Positions 12,139 to 24,434 of a DNA stretch of 64,000 bases are shown here, piece after piece (position 1 is the stretch's first letter; each line of letters opens with the position of its first letter). This stretch comes from Octopus vulgaris. Taxonomy: Eukaryota. The notes under the pieces were generated by a model. The model saw only the letters and a program-made list of their open reading frames with translations. It was not told where the DNA came from and searched no databases. The stretch covers positions 72,168,001-72,232,000 of the forward strand of contig OX597814.1 in NCBI GenBank assembly GCA_951406725.2, written 5' to 3'. The translations under genes were made by a program, and so were the position numbers.

Positions 12139-12844
12139 TAATGAAAGAAAAAGAGATGCAGGGAATAGTGGATAAGGGGTGAGGGAAGTCAGTGATGAAT
12201 GGGGGAGGTGAATAGCAGCAGAAAAGTAATATTGATATAGTAGTCAAGTCATGGTAAAAGTGAGAGAGAGATGTTGTGTTTGGATTGGTCGGGAGGGAGG
12301 CAAGAGATAAACATGGTGCATGGGAGGGTGAGAAACATACATGGTGGTGGAAAAACAGGGATAATTTGGTAACTCAGGGATGATCAATGTAAAATGTGGG
12401 TGGAGAGCAGAGTATAAGGATGTAGGATGGATGTCAAGTAAAACAGTTCCAGGCAGTGGTTAGTGGTATCAAGAGAGATGATGGATGAAGGATGTTTTCT
12501 TGAGGAAGAAATTGGGTGGGGGGACCAATTGGGTACACACACACACATACATTGTGTTTTAGAACTTAGTTTTGCTATTTCAGGTATGTCTTCTCGAGAA
12601 CTGCATATCTCTTGATCGTTGTCGTTCCTGTGAGGTTCTTGGTCCTGAGATAAGCCTCCACTACTTTATCCCATATCTTCCTGAGTTTCCCTTTTCTGCA
12701 AACTCCATCCACCTTAAGTGATTGGCACTTCTTTATACAGCTGTCACTCTCGGTACATGTTACATCTTCATGCTAGTGTAGTCTTTTTTCTTGCACAATA
12801 CACATAGTCCATCTTATACCCAGTTTTTCTCTTGGCACATTTCT

Positions 12845-13510
12845 TCTTCACAGAAGATATCAACCTCAAGTTTTCAAAGAAGTTTATTCATGACTTAAAT
12901 ATGCAGTTTTCTGAGAGATTTTCAGATCTTGACAAAATAGAGAGCAACATACTTCTGTTCCGGAATCTGTTTGATTGTAACCTTGATGACATGGCAGTCA
13001 AACTACTGTTGGAGCTCACTGATTTGCAACCAAATGACTTGTTGAAAGAGAAGCACAGAGAATTTTATCATTGCCTACCTGAAGAAATTTGCCTCTGGTA
13101 TGGTATCAGTGTTTGGAACAACTAATGTTTATTAGCAAACATTTTCAAAAATCAAGTATGTGAGATCATTACATTGAACGAGATTGACTGATGAACATTT
13201 GAAAGCAATTCTCTTGGTTGGATGCAGCAATTCCAAAGCATATAATGATGATATCTTAAAAGCTAAACACCAGTTTCAAAAATCTCTCTAACCTTTTTTT
13301 GCTGCTTAGTTTGTGAGATTCAGATATGTGCACACTGGGTGTGATATAACTATCCTATTGCTAATGTCATCTTTGATAACTTTTTGCTAAATAAATATGC
13401 TGGTTGTCTTTATTTTTTGTTTATTCACTGTATTGTATTGAACTAAGTGGTTATGTGGCCCATGCTCGTCATGCTCTCAGTTATCTGCCCTGCTGTGAAA
13501 AAACTGAGAA
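12845..13510 (+). mobile_element. hAT (Charlie/SPIN-like) transposase C-terminal fragment
   Basis: QFSERFSDL...LFRNLF...LELTDLQ, then SVFGTT...QTFSKIKYVRS...RLTDEHLKAIL, a hAT dimerisation-domain pattern, with stops. Confidence 0.8.
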
Positions 13511-13596
13511 TAAAAATTTTATCTTTAGTAAACTAACTTTGCCACTAATTAATTGATTAACAACAACAACAACAACAATAATAATAATAATAATAA

Positions 13597-14100
13597 TACC
13601 AGGCACTATCTGTCATGGCTTCTGATCTTAACTGATTGGAAGTGTTATCATGTGCATGTTTTGTCTTGGTATAAAAAGATGGGCTACAACAAATATTCTG
13701 CTCAATGTCACAGATTTACTTGACAGTTGTTTGACCATAACCAGTTGAACATGTCCCTTAGTGGTTGATGATAAATGCATCTCTGATCACTAGCAGAAAT
13801 AGTGAGGGAGCATCATAATCAGGTGTTGAAAGAAATACTCAGCTCTGGAAACATGGGTATTTTGTTCATCATCCTTAAACAACCCTTATTCTGAGACCTT
13901 TTGAGTAGGATGGGCTACTTGACCTGGGCCCCACCTGCAAGGTCATATGCTGTTTATCTTGATATGAGATCATTATGTCACACACATATGGTTGTAATGC
14001 TTGTGCCTGATGTACCCTTATCAAACAAGTAGCCATAATGTGTATATTGAGCTTGTATTCCAGTGTCACTTTGATGGAATGCATTGCTCTCTCACTCAAT
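13597..14100 (+). mobile_element. Family C repeat
   Basis: Reverse complement of 9844-10410; flanked by (AAC)n(AAT)n and TAG/TAA repeats. Confidence 0.85.
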
Positions 14101-14859
14101 ATTAGTAGTAGTAATAATAAAAAAAAACAACAGCAGTGAAGAATAATGTGGAATTCATTTAACATGTAATCTTATAAAATATATTTTGCAGTTTATTACT
14201 GTCTTGTGGAAGCAGATTGCAATTGGTCAACCATATTAATCAACAGTAAAAAGATTAATACTAGTGCTTGACAATTTACTGTGTACTTTACAGTGTAGAC
14301 ATGCCTGAAGAGTTAGTATTCATATGGTGGTATAAGTGTAGATGAATCAATGACAACCTGTTGTGTCTGTATTTGATAAAGGAATGATTGGAGAGCAAGC
14401 AGTATTTCTCTTTATCATAGATATATGAGAACAGTATGCAATTTATTCACTTTTTGATAATATGGAAGCAAATAAATGATTTACCACCAGCTTTGTTTTC
14501 CTTTTAAGATTGAACCATAGATTTTGTGTGTGTGTGTGTTCTGTGTGATGTATCCACAAAATAGTTTATGATCTCCTGTATGTAGTTAACTATAATGAAT
14601 AGGTAATGTTTCTTTGTAGAATCTGTTTTTTCTTCATAACCAGCATACGACAGGATATATATGTTTCTTTTCTCAAAGATGTAATAAAATTTCTGAGGTT
14701 AAAACTGAGTATATTGTAAGATAGGATGGGTGACTGAGCTGTTGCTTATGAAGCTTAATAGATTCTTATTTCAGTTGAGTTGTTAAGTTTATATGAGAAA
14801 CTAGATACAAAGATAGTGGAAGTCTACCAAGAAAGACGATGCAGGCAAACCATTGACGT

Positions 14860-15330
14860 GGCATCACATACACTGCTACATATACACCACAACATACATT
14901 ACTACAACCAAATACAATCACTACATATACTGCCATACATACTCCACTACTATGTCTGAATTACATTTACACCATCTCATACACACAGCTGCACAGAATA
15001 CTACACATACACTGCTATATATACAACCACCCATTCTACTATGTATGCATCATACATTAACTACACACACTACAGTGTACACAAGAACACACACTACAAC
15101 TATATATACACCACTACACACACACAAGTACACATGTACCACTGTGCATACTACATCATATGACTACAGCTCTATACATGCTACTTCACAGAATTATAAC
15201 GCTATACAATCTATTACACATACACCACTACTACAAATACATTATTACTACATATGCACACACATATATAGTGGTGGTGTATGACACACTCTACAATACA
15301 TTCATCACCACTACACATTCTGTTATGGAT
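14860..15330. repeat. Low-complexity CA/TAC-rich tract
   Basis: Degenerate acacact/actaca repeats that produce the spurious Thr/His-rich ORFs. Confidence 0.75.
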
Positions 15331-17175
15331 AATTTGCCTCTGCACACCCAACTCATCTATGACACCAATATAAAAGTTACTGATAAATGGAAGTATGCTA
15401 AGAAAAATGAAGTATACATATTCTATTAGTATACTTAAAAGACTCTCTCTCTCTCTCTAGCTATCTGTCTATCTTTCTGTCTCCCCCTCTCTCAGTTCAG
15501 CTTCTACTTGCTTGCTAAATTGGTCACTTCTTTGTTCCAGTTGTTTAATATGAGTTGTATAGGCAAGTGTCTACAGTCTTCGGCCACTGTAGTAAACATA
15601 CTTTTCATTTCTTTCCAATCTTATCAGCCCCTTAATGGCAGAGGAGACCCCTAAATTGGGTAACTAAGTTAGACAGATTGGCACCTATATACTTAACTTC
15701 TTTTAGTATTGCTTTCAATCTCCTCCTGTTACCCACTCTCTCCTCAGCCCTCCATCTTTCATATACATACTTTTCTTCCACCATGAGAATTAAAACATGT
15801 AATTTTTTTTTTTACTTTGCATTTCTGGGGGTAAGAGTAGGGAATCTATTCTCCTATCCCTATTGTTAGCATTTATTTGTCTTCATGAATACGTTCTCTT
15901 CTGTACTTAGAAGCAGACATGTTTAAAGCAGTTGTACTTGATGAAATCATATACACGCTAATACTTCTGTGTTTATATTTATCATAGACATACACATAAC
16001 CACCACTGTCAGCAATAACATATACACATGACATCTCTATTTACAATACACATTGCCAGCAGCATCTACTAAATTTAAGGTATATATAATTCTGCACTGA
16101 AAAACTTTAAGAGCTTCTTGTAAGTCAAGCCAACATCTTGATCTCATCTCTTGGTTATAACAATGTCACTGTTCTTAGAATGTTCATGTCCTTGAGAAGG
16201 GCATTAACATAACACTCTGATTTTATTTCTAATTTATTACATTGATACAAAAGGGTAAAAGCAACTGCTCTGACATTTTAATTAATTGAAAATTATATTG
16301 TGGGCATGAGGCAATAAATGGTTTTGATCTTTGGCAAATTATGTGGACAACTCCATACATGGTTCAGTCTTATATTTTGAGTTAATAAACACTGATAGTT
16401 GTAGCAACTTTGAAGAATGACTGGGGAAAAGTGTTGAAGTTAAGAATACAGTTATATGGAGGAAAAACAAAAACAATAGCTTCACAATTAATTTTAGTCA
16501 AGAAAGGTAAAGGAAATAAATCTGAAATTAAAATCAATTTAAAATTGAATGGCGGTTTGCAGTGGTAGTGAGTCTAATTTCCACTATCTATTCTTTCAAG
16601 CTGTCTTGCTTATTAGTGTTTATGCTCTCAAACTTGTATAGCTCTCAGTCATTTCAGATCTGGCAGTATTGGTATTGTTGTGCTTCACTGATGAGGTTTA
16701 ATGAGTCTAGAATTGTCACTATACTTTCCAAAGACTAACTCCCCATTGCTTGTCCACATTGAATTTTAATTAATTAATTAATTTAATTTCTGTAATAGTC
16801 AACTCTGCCTTTCTTGGCCAAAATTAATCATACATGTTTTGCTATTTTCTTTGTAGCTATATCTTTGTGGAGCACTTAATTATTTTTGTCTTTATGAAGA
16901 TAGCACCACTGAATAATTTCTCCCTGTCATTTGGTATATTTTGTTGAAAAGAAGTTCATACATGCAAAATAGCAGATGACTAGGTGGAGCAGTTAAGATT
17001 AAGTGCCTATGGAAACTGGATGGTTGCATTAAATTCATGGAAGGAATAAAAAAAACTTATTAGAAAGAACTTATTGAGTTTTATGAACTTTACGAATAAT
17101 ATAATATAGTCCCAATTAATGACAAAGAACTGAAAGAACTGATAAATCTAAAAAAGAAAAGTGACTCACAATATA

Positions 17176-18505
17176 CAGGATGTTTCAAAAAATTTGATAT
17201 CATTTCATAATCCAATAACTTTGCCAGTTCTTGCTCAAATGACTTCAAATTTTAACAGCATGTATAGAAGCAGATCAAAATTTTATGTTTCATGTTTGAT
17301 ATGTTTATCTTTTCAGATATAGAAATGGCATCCACTGGAAGAGAAAAGGCGTTTTGTGTGTTGAAGTATGCTCAAACACAGTCAAACAAGACCGTGCAGT
17401 GTGCATTTGTGAGTGAGTTCTCTAAACAGTCACCAAAGGTAATGCAGATTCAAAGAGGAAGGTTGTCTGTGCAGGGTAAAAAGATCTGGATGACCACTAA
17501 CATCAGAAGAGACAGTTGAGTGGGTTCACCAAAACTCTTGCAAAGCCCCAAGAACTCCATAAGAAGAACAAGTCTGGAAACCCAGATTCCTCCAATGACT
17601 GTTTGGTGCATCCTGAGGGAACGCTTGCTAAAGAAACTCTACAAGCTGCAGCTCATTCAGGCTATAACAGCAGATGACAAGCGAAAACGCAAACAATTCT
17701 GTGTTGATATGCAAGAGAAACTTGGAGAGGCCGAGTTCAAGGATTGTCTTGTTTTCAGTGATGAGACCATATTTCATACGAATGACAAAGTTAATAAACA
17801 TAGTGTTTGCATATGGGGCGGAGAAAATCCCCATGTCACAGTTGAGCATGAGAGGAACTCACCAAAAGGGAATGTGTTCTGTGCCATCTCCAAGAAGCAT
17901 CTTCATGGCCCAATTTTCTTTGAGGAAGACGTGTCTAGCGATGTTTATCTGCAAATGCTTCAGAACTGGTAAATGGATGAGTTCATTGCAAATGAACATG
18001 AAAACTTCATTTTCCAACAAGACAGGGCTCCACCTCACTGGAAGCTCACTGTGCGAACTTATCTCAATGACAGTCTGTGAGGGAGATGGATCAGGCATGC
18101 TGGTGATGAAGACAATGTGCTGTTAAAATGGCTGCCACGTTCACCTGATCTGACACCTTGCAATTTTTTTCTCTGGGACTATGTCCCCGTTCTTCCTGCG
18201 AACCTAGAGGAACTCAAGCAGAGAATCACTGCCACACTGGAGACTGTTACCCAAGACATGCTGCAGTGTATTTGGTAGGAACTGGACTACTGACTTTATA
18301 TGTGCCATGACTCACGCAGTGCACATATTGAATATTTGTAAAATCATTCATGGAATCCACATACCTTTGAATTTCTCATTCAAATTTGGAGGAATAAATC
18401 TTATGTTGCTTAACATTAAGCCTGTTTAGTTTCATTTGCTTTGACTATGCAGTTTCTGTGATATTTACATTTCAAATGATATCAATTTTTTTTTTAAACA
18501 CCCTG
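17176..18505 (+). mobile_element. Near full-length decayed Tc1/mariner element (rosa/DD41D-like group)
   Basis: TA TSDs; TIRs caggatgtttcaaaaaatttgatatcattt / aaatgatatcaattt..aaacaccctg. Transposase motifs FSDETIFH, FQQD.APPHW and WLPRSPDLTPC(N)FFLW, with stops and frameshifts. Confidence 0.92.
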
Positions 18506-19329
18506 TATAACTTCTATTATATGCCAATGAAGCTGGCTTTAACTTAACTCATGTTTTTCATCTGGTTAATAACTTTGAATTATTTAATTTCTAAACAATT
18601 TTGTTTTCTTTGCTAATGAGTGTAAAGTCTTGTATATTTTCATAGTGATTCTTCAATCTTTTCTTCAGCTAGTATAATGGAAGTTATGTTGTGCTTATGA
18701 GATTAGATTATGGCAGAAACATATCCAGTCTTATCTCTCCTACTCACTGAGAAAATGAAAATATCATTCACTAATATCATGTTTTAATGCTCCCTGGCAT
18801 TGTAGATGCTAACACTAATTTATATTTATTGATTTTCGTGAAAATGGTATCTTCAGATTATTTAATTTCTAAATTATCTATTTTTGTACATCAACCAATT
18901 TTTTAGTATCCTTTCTTCTCTACTTAAACATGATGTGTTGTCTGCCATACTTGCTGGCCATATATGCTGGAAATATGAAAATAATATTAGTCATCATTGA
19001 TATCTTTTTCTCCTCAATGCATTTTTACTTTGGGTTAGCATTTGTCATGCAATATGCATTGAATATCAATACTAATACAGCTACTGTCAAGACAAATCTA
19101 CCAGTAGCTATAAAACTGAAAGCCAAGAATGAAAATACATTCCATCATGTTTTTAAGATTGAAATACATCATCATAATCTTAACACCCACTTTTCCATGC
19201 TTGCTTGGGTAAAACCTTTCTTCTCTATTCATGACCATCTATTAAGTTATAAAGTGAGAATAGATGAATAGGGTATGTTTAAATAAAGAAAATGATGATG
19301 ACAATGACTTCAATGATGGCAAAAATTTT

Positions 19330-19710
19330 GTTTCAAAATTTTGGTACAGGGCCAGTTATATTAGTGGGAAGGAACTAGTTGATTGCATCAACCCGAATGC
19401 TCAAGTGGTACTTATTTTAGATGACCCTAAAAGGATGAAAGACAAGGTTGACCTTGGCAAGATTGGAACTCAGAAGAAATGCTACATGGCATTTTTCAAC
19501 ACTCTAACGATTCTTTTACTTGCCACCTTTAATGGCTTCAGTTTTCAGCTCAAGGCCAGTAATTTTAGGGGGATTGTGGGTAGTTGATTACATTTCACCG
19601 AGTGACAACCAGTTATTTAATTTATTGCCTCTGAAATGATGAAAGGCAAAGTAACCTCACAGAATTTGAACTCAGAATGCAAGAAGCCAGAAGTGCCACT
19701 TGGCATTTTA
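19330..19710 (-). mobile_element. Two degenerate SINE family B copies
   Basis: Two successive ggatgaaag.caa..ttgacct...tttgaactcagaa blocks. Confidence 0.65.
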
Positions 19711-21051
19711 TCACCACCACTTGGAATTTTATCACCACAACAACATGATTATAATACTTTGCCCCTGTTGTTGTTTGTCTCTCTTTAAAAATTGATGGCT
19801 TGTTGTTTAATATTGTTTTATGATAATGATTTTGTTTTTTATTAATTGTTAACTTTACATCTATTCTTTATATTGATATTTCCTCTTTTGCATAGACAAC
19901 ACTTCAGAAAATCAGTTTATTCTTCAGAACCAGAAAATACTTCAGACTATGCCAGCTGTTACTACTTTGCAAAACTCAAATGCACCTAAAATACTGTTTA
20001 CACATCTTGGGAAATAATAACTCTCTTTGCACACATTTTTAACAAAACTCTCTGAAGCCTGGTTATAGCTACCAATATTTACAAGCTATTGGTCTATTGT
20101 CAGCTGATATATATACTTTTATTACTTCTATTGCCTCATGAAATGTTATTCTACTGCTACATATGCTTTTTCATTTCCACTCAGACTCATTTAGTAATAT
20201 CATTGAACTGAATTATATCACACCTCCCAGATAACTTTGCCCAATTGTTTTCCAGAATTCTCTTCTCTGTTTAGTTTTCTTTCAGCATCAGCTCGTAACT
20301 AGACAAATTCAACATTAGCTCACTAACCTCATTTAGTTATTCCTACCTTCCACTCTTGGCCCATCTTTAAAAATAAAGGTTATTGTTACTACCACTTCTC
20401 TTTGAGGTAATGTAATTAAAAGAAAAAATAATCAATAGTTTTAGATAGGTTTAACATGCACTAGAAAAGCAGTATTTTCATTAAGACATGTAAAATCAGA
20501 CAAAACCATCATAAAAATACCATTTGTATCAATGTCCATTGTTAGTTTTGTTCCAGTCTATATTCTAATATTCCATTTAAACAATAATGTAGTATATATT
20601 GTATTTATATATAAAAATAAATTATTCCATCCTATGTAATTCTTTAAAATGTTCTTTTTTCATTTGTTAGATTCTTTTTTCTCACAGTTTAAAAAGTGGT
20701 ATTCAAAATTATACTATAAATATAGTTATGTATACATACAAAACAGAATGGCATCAGCATGGCTTTAAACTTTCTTAAAATATGACAGTTATTGCTCTGC
20801 ATTTCCCTGCCACTTTTTCTTCATCTTCATTTCTCTTTGATTAAATTTTATTGCACCTTTGTTAAACATGTGTGCATACACACACACTCACATTACATGC
20901 ATATATATCACAATGTATATGTTTACATTTCTTATACTTTTCATTTCACTCTATTAGAATCCCTACTAACATACCCTCTTCTCTATTTATCATTTCAACA
21001 CTACCTCTCATTTTCTCGGCTTCACATTTGCATTTTTGCTCTTGCTAGGGT

Positions 21052-21088
21052 TCTCTCTCTCTCTCTCTCTCTCTCGCTCTCTCTCTCG

Positions 21089-21168
<80 letters not shown>
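21052..21168. repeat. (CT)n(CA)n microsatellite
   Basis: Read directly from the sequence. Confidence 0.95.
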
Positions 21169-21832
21169 GAAAGAGCATGCAAGACAATTTATCTTTAGAA
21201 TATTGGGGCTCTGAGAAGGGTCAAAGCAGAAAAGATTATTTTTTATTTTTACTATTCTCTATGTAGTTCAAAAGATGGTAATGCTGCTACATTTTTAGAT
21301 TTATTTTCTCTGATACTCTGTCCTGAAGGAAGTAAATGAGTGCACATAGCTAGACTACACATATGTGCATGAGTGTATCATATCATGTAATAGGAATTGA
21401 CAGCTGGTGTACTCTGCTATAAACGGATAAGATGATAAGATCAAGAGAGATTTTAATACATTTTGGTGTGTCACTATCTATAATATTTGAATAAGAAATA
21501 TATATATATAAGAACTTCCTTTTAATGTCATAAAGCTATCTACATCATGTATGAAAAGTCTGAAAAGAAAGGGAAATTATTTTATGGCTTCACAACTTTA
21601 AAAAATTTTTGCTGAAAAATATTTGTAAACACTATGTTTCTGTTAATATTTTCTTATGAATATCTCAGCTAAAATTGCTAGTAATAGAAAGAATTACATA
21701 TCATTTTAATGATGAATCTAAGTTAACATTTTCTCAATTCAGATTTGATTTGATATTCTCTAAAAGATAAAAATCCGTATTTCATATTAAGACATTTTCT
21801 CAGCTTTTTACTAATGATAAATTAACAATTCA

Positions 21833-22206
21833 TGTAGGAGTGGCTGTGTGGTAAGTAGCTTGCTTACCAACCACATGGTTCTGGGTTCAGTCCCACTACG
21901 TGGCACCTTGGGCAAGTCTTTTCTACTATAGCCTCGGGCCGACCAAAGCCTTGTGAGTGGATTTGGTAGACGGAAACTGAAAGAAGCTCATCATATATAT
22001 GTGTATACATATATATATGTGTGTTTGTGTGACTGTGTTTGTCCCCGCAACATTGCTTGACAACCGATGCTTGTGTGTTTACGTCCCCCGTAACTTAGCA
22101 GTTCGGCAAAAGAGACAGATAGAATAAGTCCTGGGGTCGATTTGCTCAACTAAAGGCAGTGCTCCAGCATGGCCGCAGTCAAATAACTGAAACAAGTAAA
22201 AGAGTA
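21833..22206 (+). mobile_element. tRNA-derived SINE (family A), full length
   Basis: A-box-like tggctgtgtggt, B-box-like gggttcagtccc, central gtggatttggtagacggaaactgaaagaagc, internal (TA/TG)n. Several other copies lie in the window. Confidence 0.88.
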
Positions 22207-24352
22207 ATTCACATTTTAGAAAAAATACTTTTTCCTCTTGAAATATTAAAATGCTCTTCTGTATTGAACGAAAATTCTATTGTATTTTAAAGAAGAAAAG
22301 AAATTTTATTAATATTGTGAAAATTTATCAAATGACATTGTTTCAATTAACTTAACTTAACTTGACTTGACTTGCTGTGAAGTTAATGAACATTAAGAAT
22401 CAGAAAGCATTTTTATCACTTTTTTATGTATCCTCGCATTCTCCTCACATGTTTGCTGACTTGGTCCAAAAGCTATATAAAAAATATACATAGAGATAGT
22501 GATAATGTTTTTATAAAGTGAGAATTTACAAAAAAAACAGAAGACGAAGACGGGTGTATATTAGTTTAATGCTCGGGAAGTGAGAAAGTCTTTTACGTTT
22601 TGAGCCTACGCTCTTTGACAAAAAGGAACACAGAAATAAACAGGGAGAGAAAATAGAAAAAGGTTTAGTGGCTAATGATCTATCATGGCGAATCTTTATA
22701 AACATTGATGAAAATATTTATACTTTTCATGATATATCAATATGACAATCTATTAGATGTAGGTAAACTTAGTGTTACTGTGAAGATTGTTTACATACTC
22801 ATAATAGATAAAAGGTATAATTAATTCCCTCTACTGAAATATGAACTACTTTTAAACTGTTTTCCTTATGTAATTATGAGTCAGCATAAAAGGAGTTTAA
22901 GGTTTGAAATTTAAATAATTCCTAAATAAATAAAACTGTTTTTCTAAAAATGTTATCCAAATGATTTTAAAGTAATTTCGACTGTAACAACTGAAAATTA
23001 AATTGGTAACCATTGGTAGAATAGTTAAGTGAAACAGAGCTTTGCACACTTACAGTATCATTTCAGCTGTCTGAAGATTAGCCTTTTTTCTTTTCTTTTT
23101 TTCCTCTTTCAAAACTTTTAGTCCATTTTCACCATTTCAAGATAGTGAACTTCTTTAATGATACTGTTGTTCTAATAAATTTTCTCGTGGATGCTAACAT
23201 GGAATTAATCTGTTTAGGAAATAACACATATCTAATATTTATAGATAATATAAACTTTATATTCCCTGTCATTTTCTGGAATGGGTTGTTTAGTTGTGTA
23301 AAAGCAACATACAGCAAACTGTAAAATCACTGTTTATAAGGTTGTTCATAATATTTGAATGAAACACATTTGTTATTTTGATTATAGGTTATCTGAAATT
23401 ATTGTAATGCAAATGAAATGTTTGATTGTTATATTGCAGTTTTAGAATTGGTATATTGCATCCGTGTGTATCAGAAGAGGTGACTAAATGGTTCGGCAAA
23501 CATTATACCAGAAAAACCATCCAACCCATGCTGCAATGGTCTAGTCTAGCAGTGATCTGCTCATGGGCAGGTCTTGTGTGTGTAAACCTTCTTCAGCACT
23601 TTCTGCACGACATGGGAGGGTCTGTGCCCTCCCCTGCCCATAGACTTGAGATGAATACTGGAATAGTTTCCTATTACCTTCTTCAAGAGTTGGGATTTGA
23701 ACTTAGAATGTAGAGAGCCAGAAGATATACTGTAAAGTATTTCTGCTGACATGCCAACAATTCTGCCACTCTCCCTTCAACATGGTACAACAGATGTGAA
23801 ACAATGATGATGAACTATGAAATTTAAAAACTGAACTGACCAATCACTTATTTTCTATGAATGCTATGAGTTATTGGCATTTTTTCTCATATAATAACAA
23901 CAAAAAATGGAATTTATATTTATACAAAATCTATAATGTTAACTAAATGACTAATGACCCGTGAAAGTGGTGCCAGTATGGCTGCAGTCCAACGGCAGAA
24001 GCAATAAAGGAAAGAAAAAGGTAGTTAAAGGATTCCAAAAATTGCAGACTCTGCATGAAACAGCAGATCTCTCTTCTTGTTCATGGCAAACTAACATTCC
24101 ATTTTGTGAAATGTTTAAAAAATTCATTTCCCTCTGACACGAAGGGTTAATTATTAAAATAATCACTTTTAACAAACTAGATTTTTAGTTACGAAATCCC
24201 ATTTGCATTTTTTGGAGATTTATATTGTAACAAAACTCAAAAGAAAAAAATGAAAATTGTGATCTTGGTTCTGAGAATTCATGTCATTTACTCTTTATCA
24301 TTTAGATATTTCACTGATATATGTTCTCTTTTTTTTAAAATTTGTTTCTCAG

Positions 24353-24434
24353 GAAAAACACTACCAACCTGAAGAAGGAGCGCAAAGTTCCCGATCAACA
24401 AATTGACTTCATTCAGAAACTGAGTATTTTGTTG
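24353..24434 (+). CDS. NUP188: Nucleoporin NUP188, internal exon (first one located)
   Basis: Acceptor ttgtttctcAG and donor GTAAGT. One nt plus KNTTNLKKERKVPDQQIDFIQKLSILL, resembling the NUP188 segment ending in LRISKFL; joins the next exon in phase 0. Confidence 0.8.

Noticed and set aside
14853-15429. Thr/His/Tyr-rich ORFs
   Set aside because: Translation of a low-complexity CA/TAC tract.
20792-21266. ORFs with (SL)n runs; likewise 29562-29750 and the poly-Leu ORF at 33798-34094
   Set aside because: Microsatellite translations.
21833-21910. tRNA gene
   Set aside because: A/B-box-like motifs are present, but they form the head of a multi-copy SINE and there is no complete cloverleaf.
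1-24352. Candidate upstream NUP188 exons (e.g. after the AG near 322, 14774, 16657, 23439)
   Set aside because: None gave a peptide resembling the NUP188 N-terminus with a proper donor and phase. The 5' exons are either missed by eye or outside the window.
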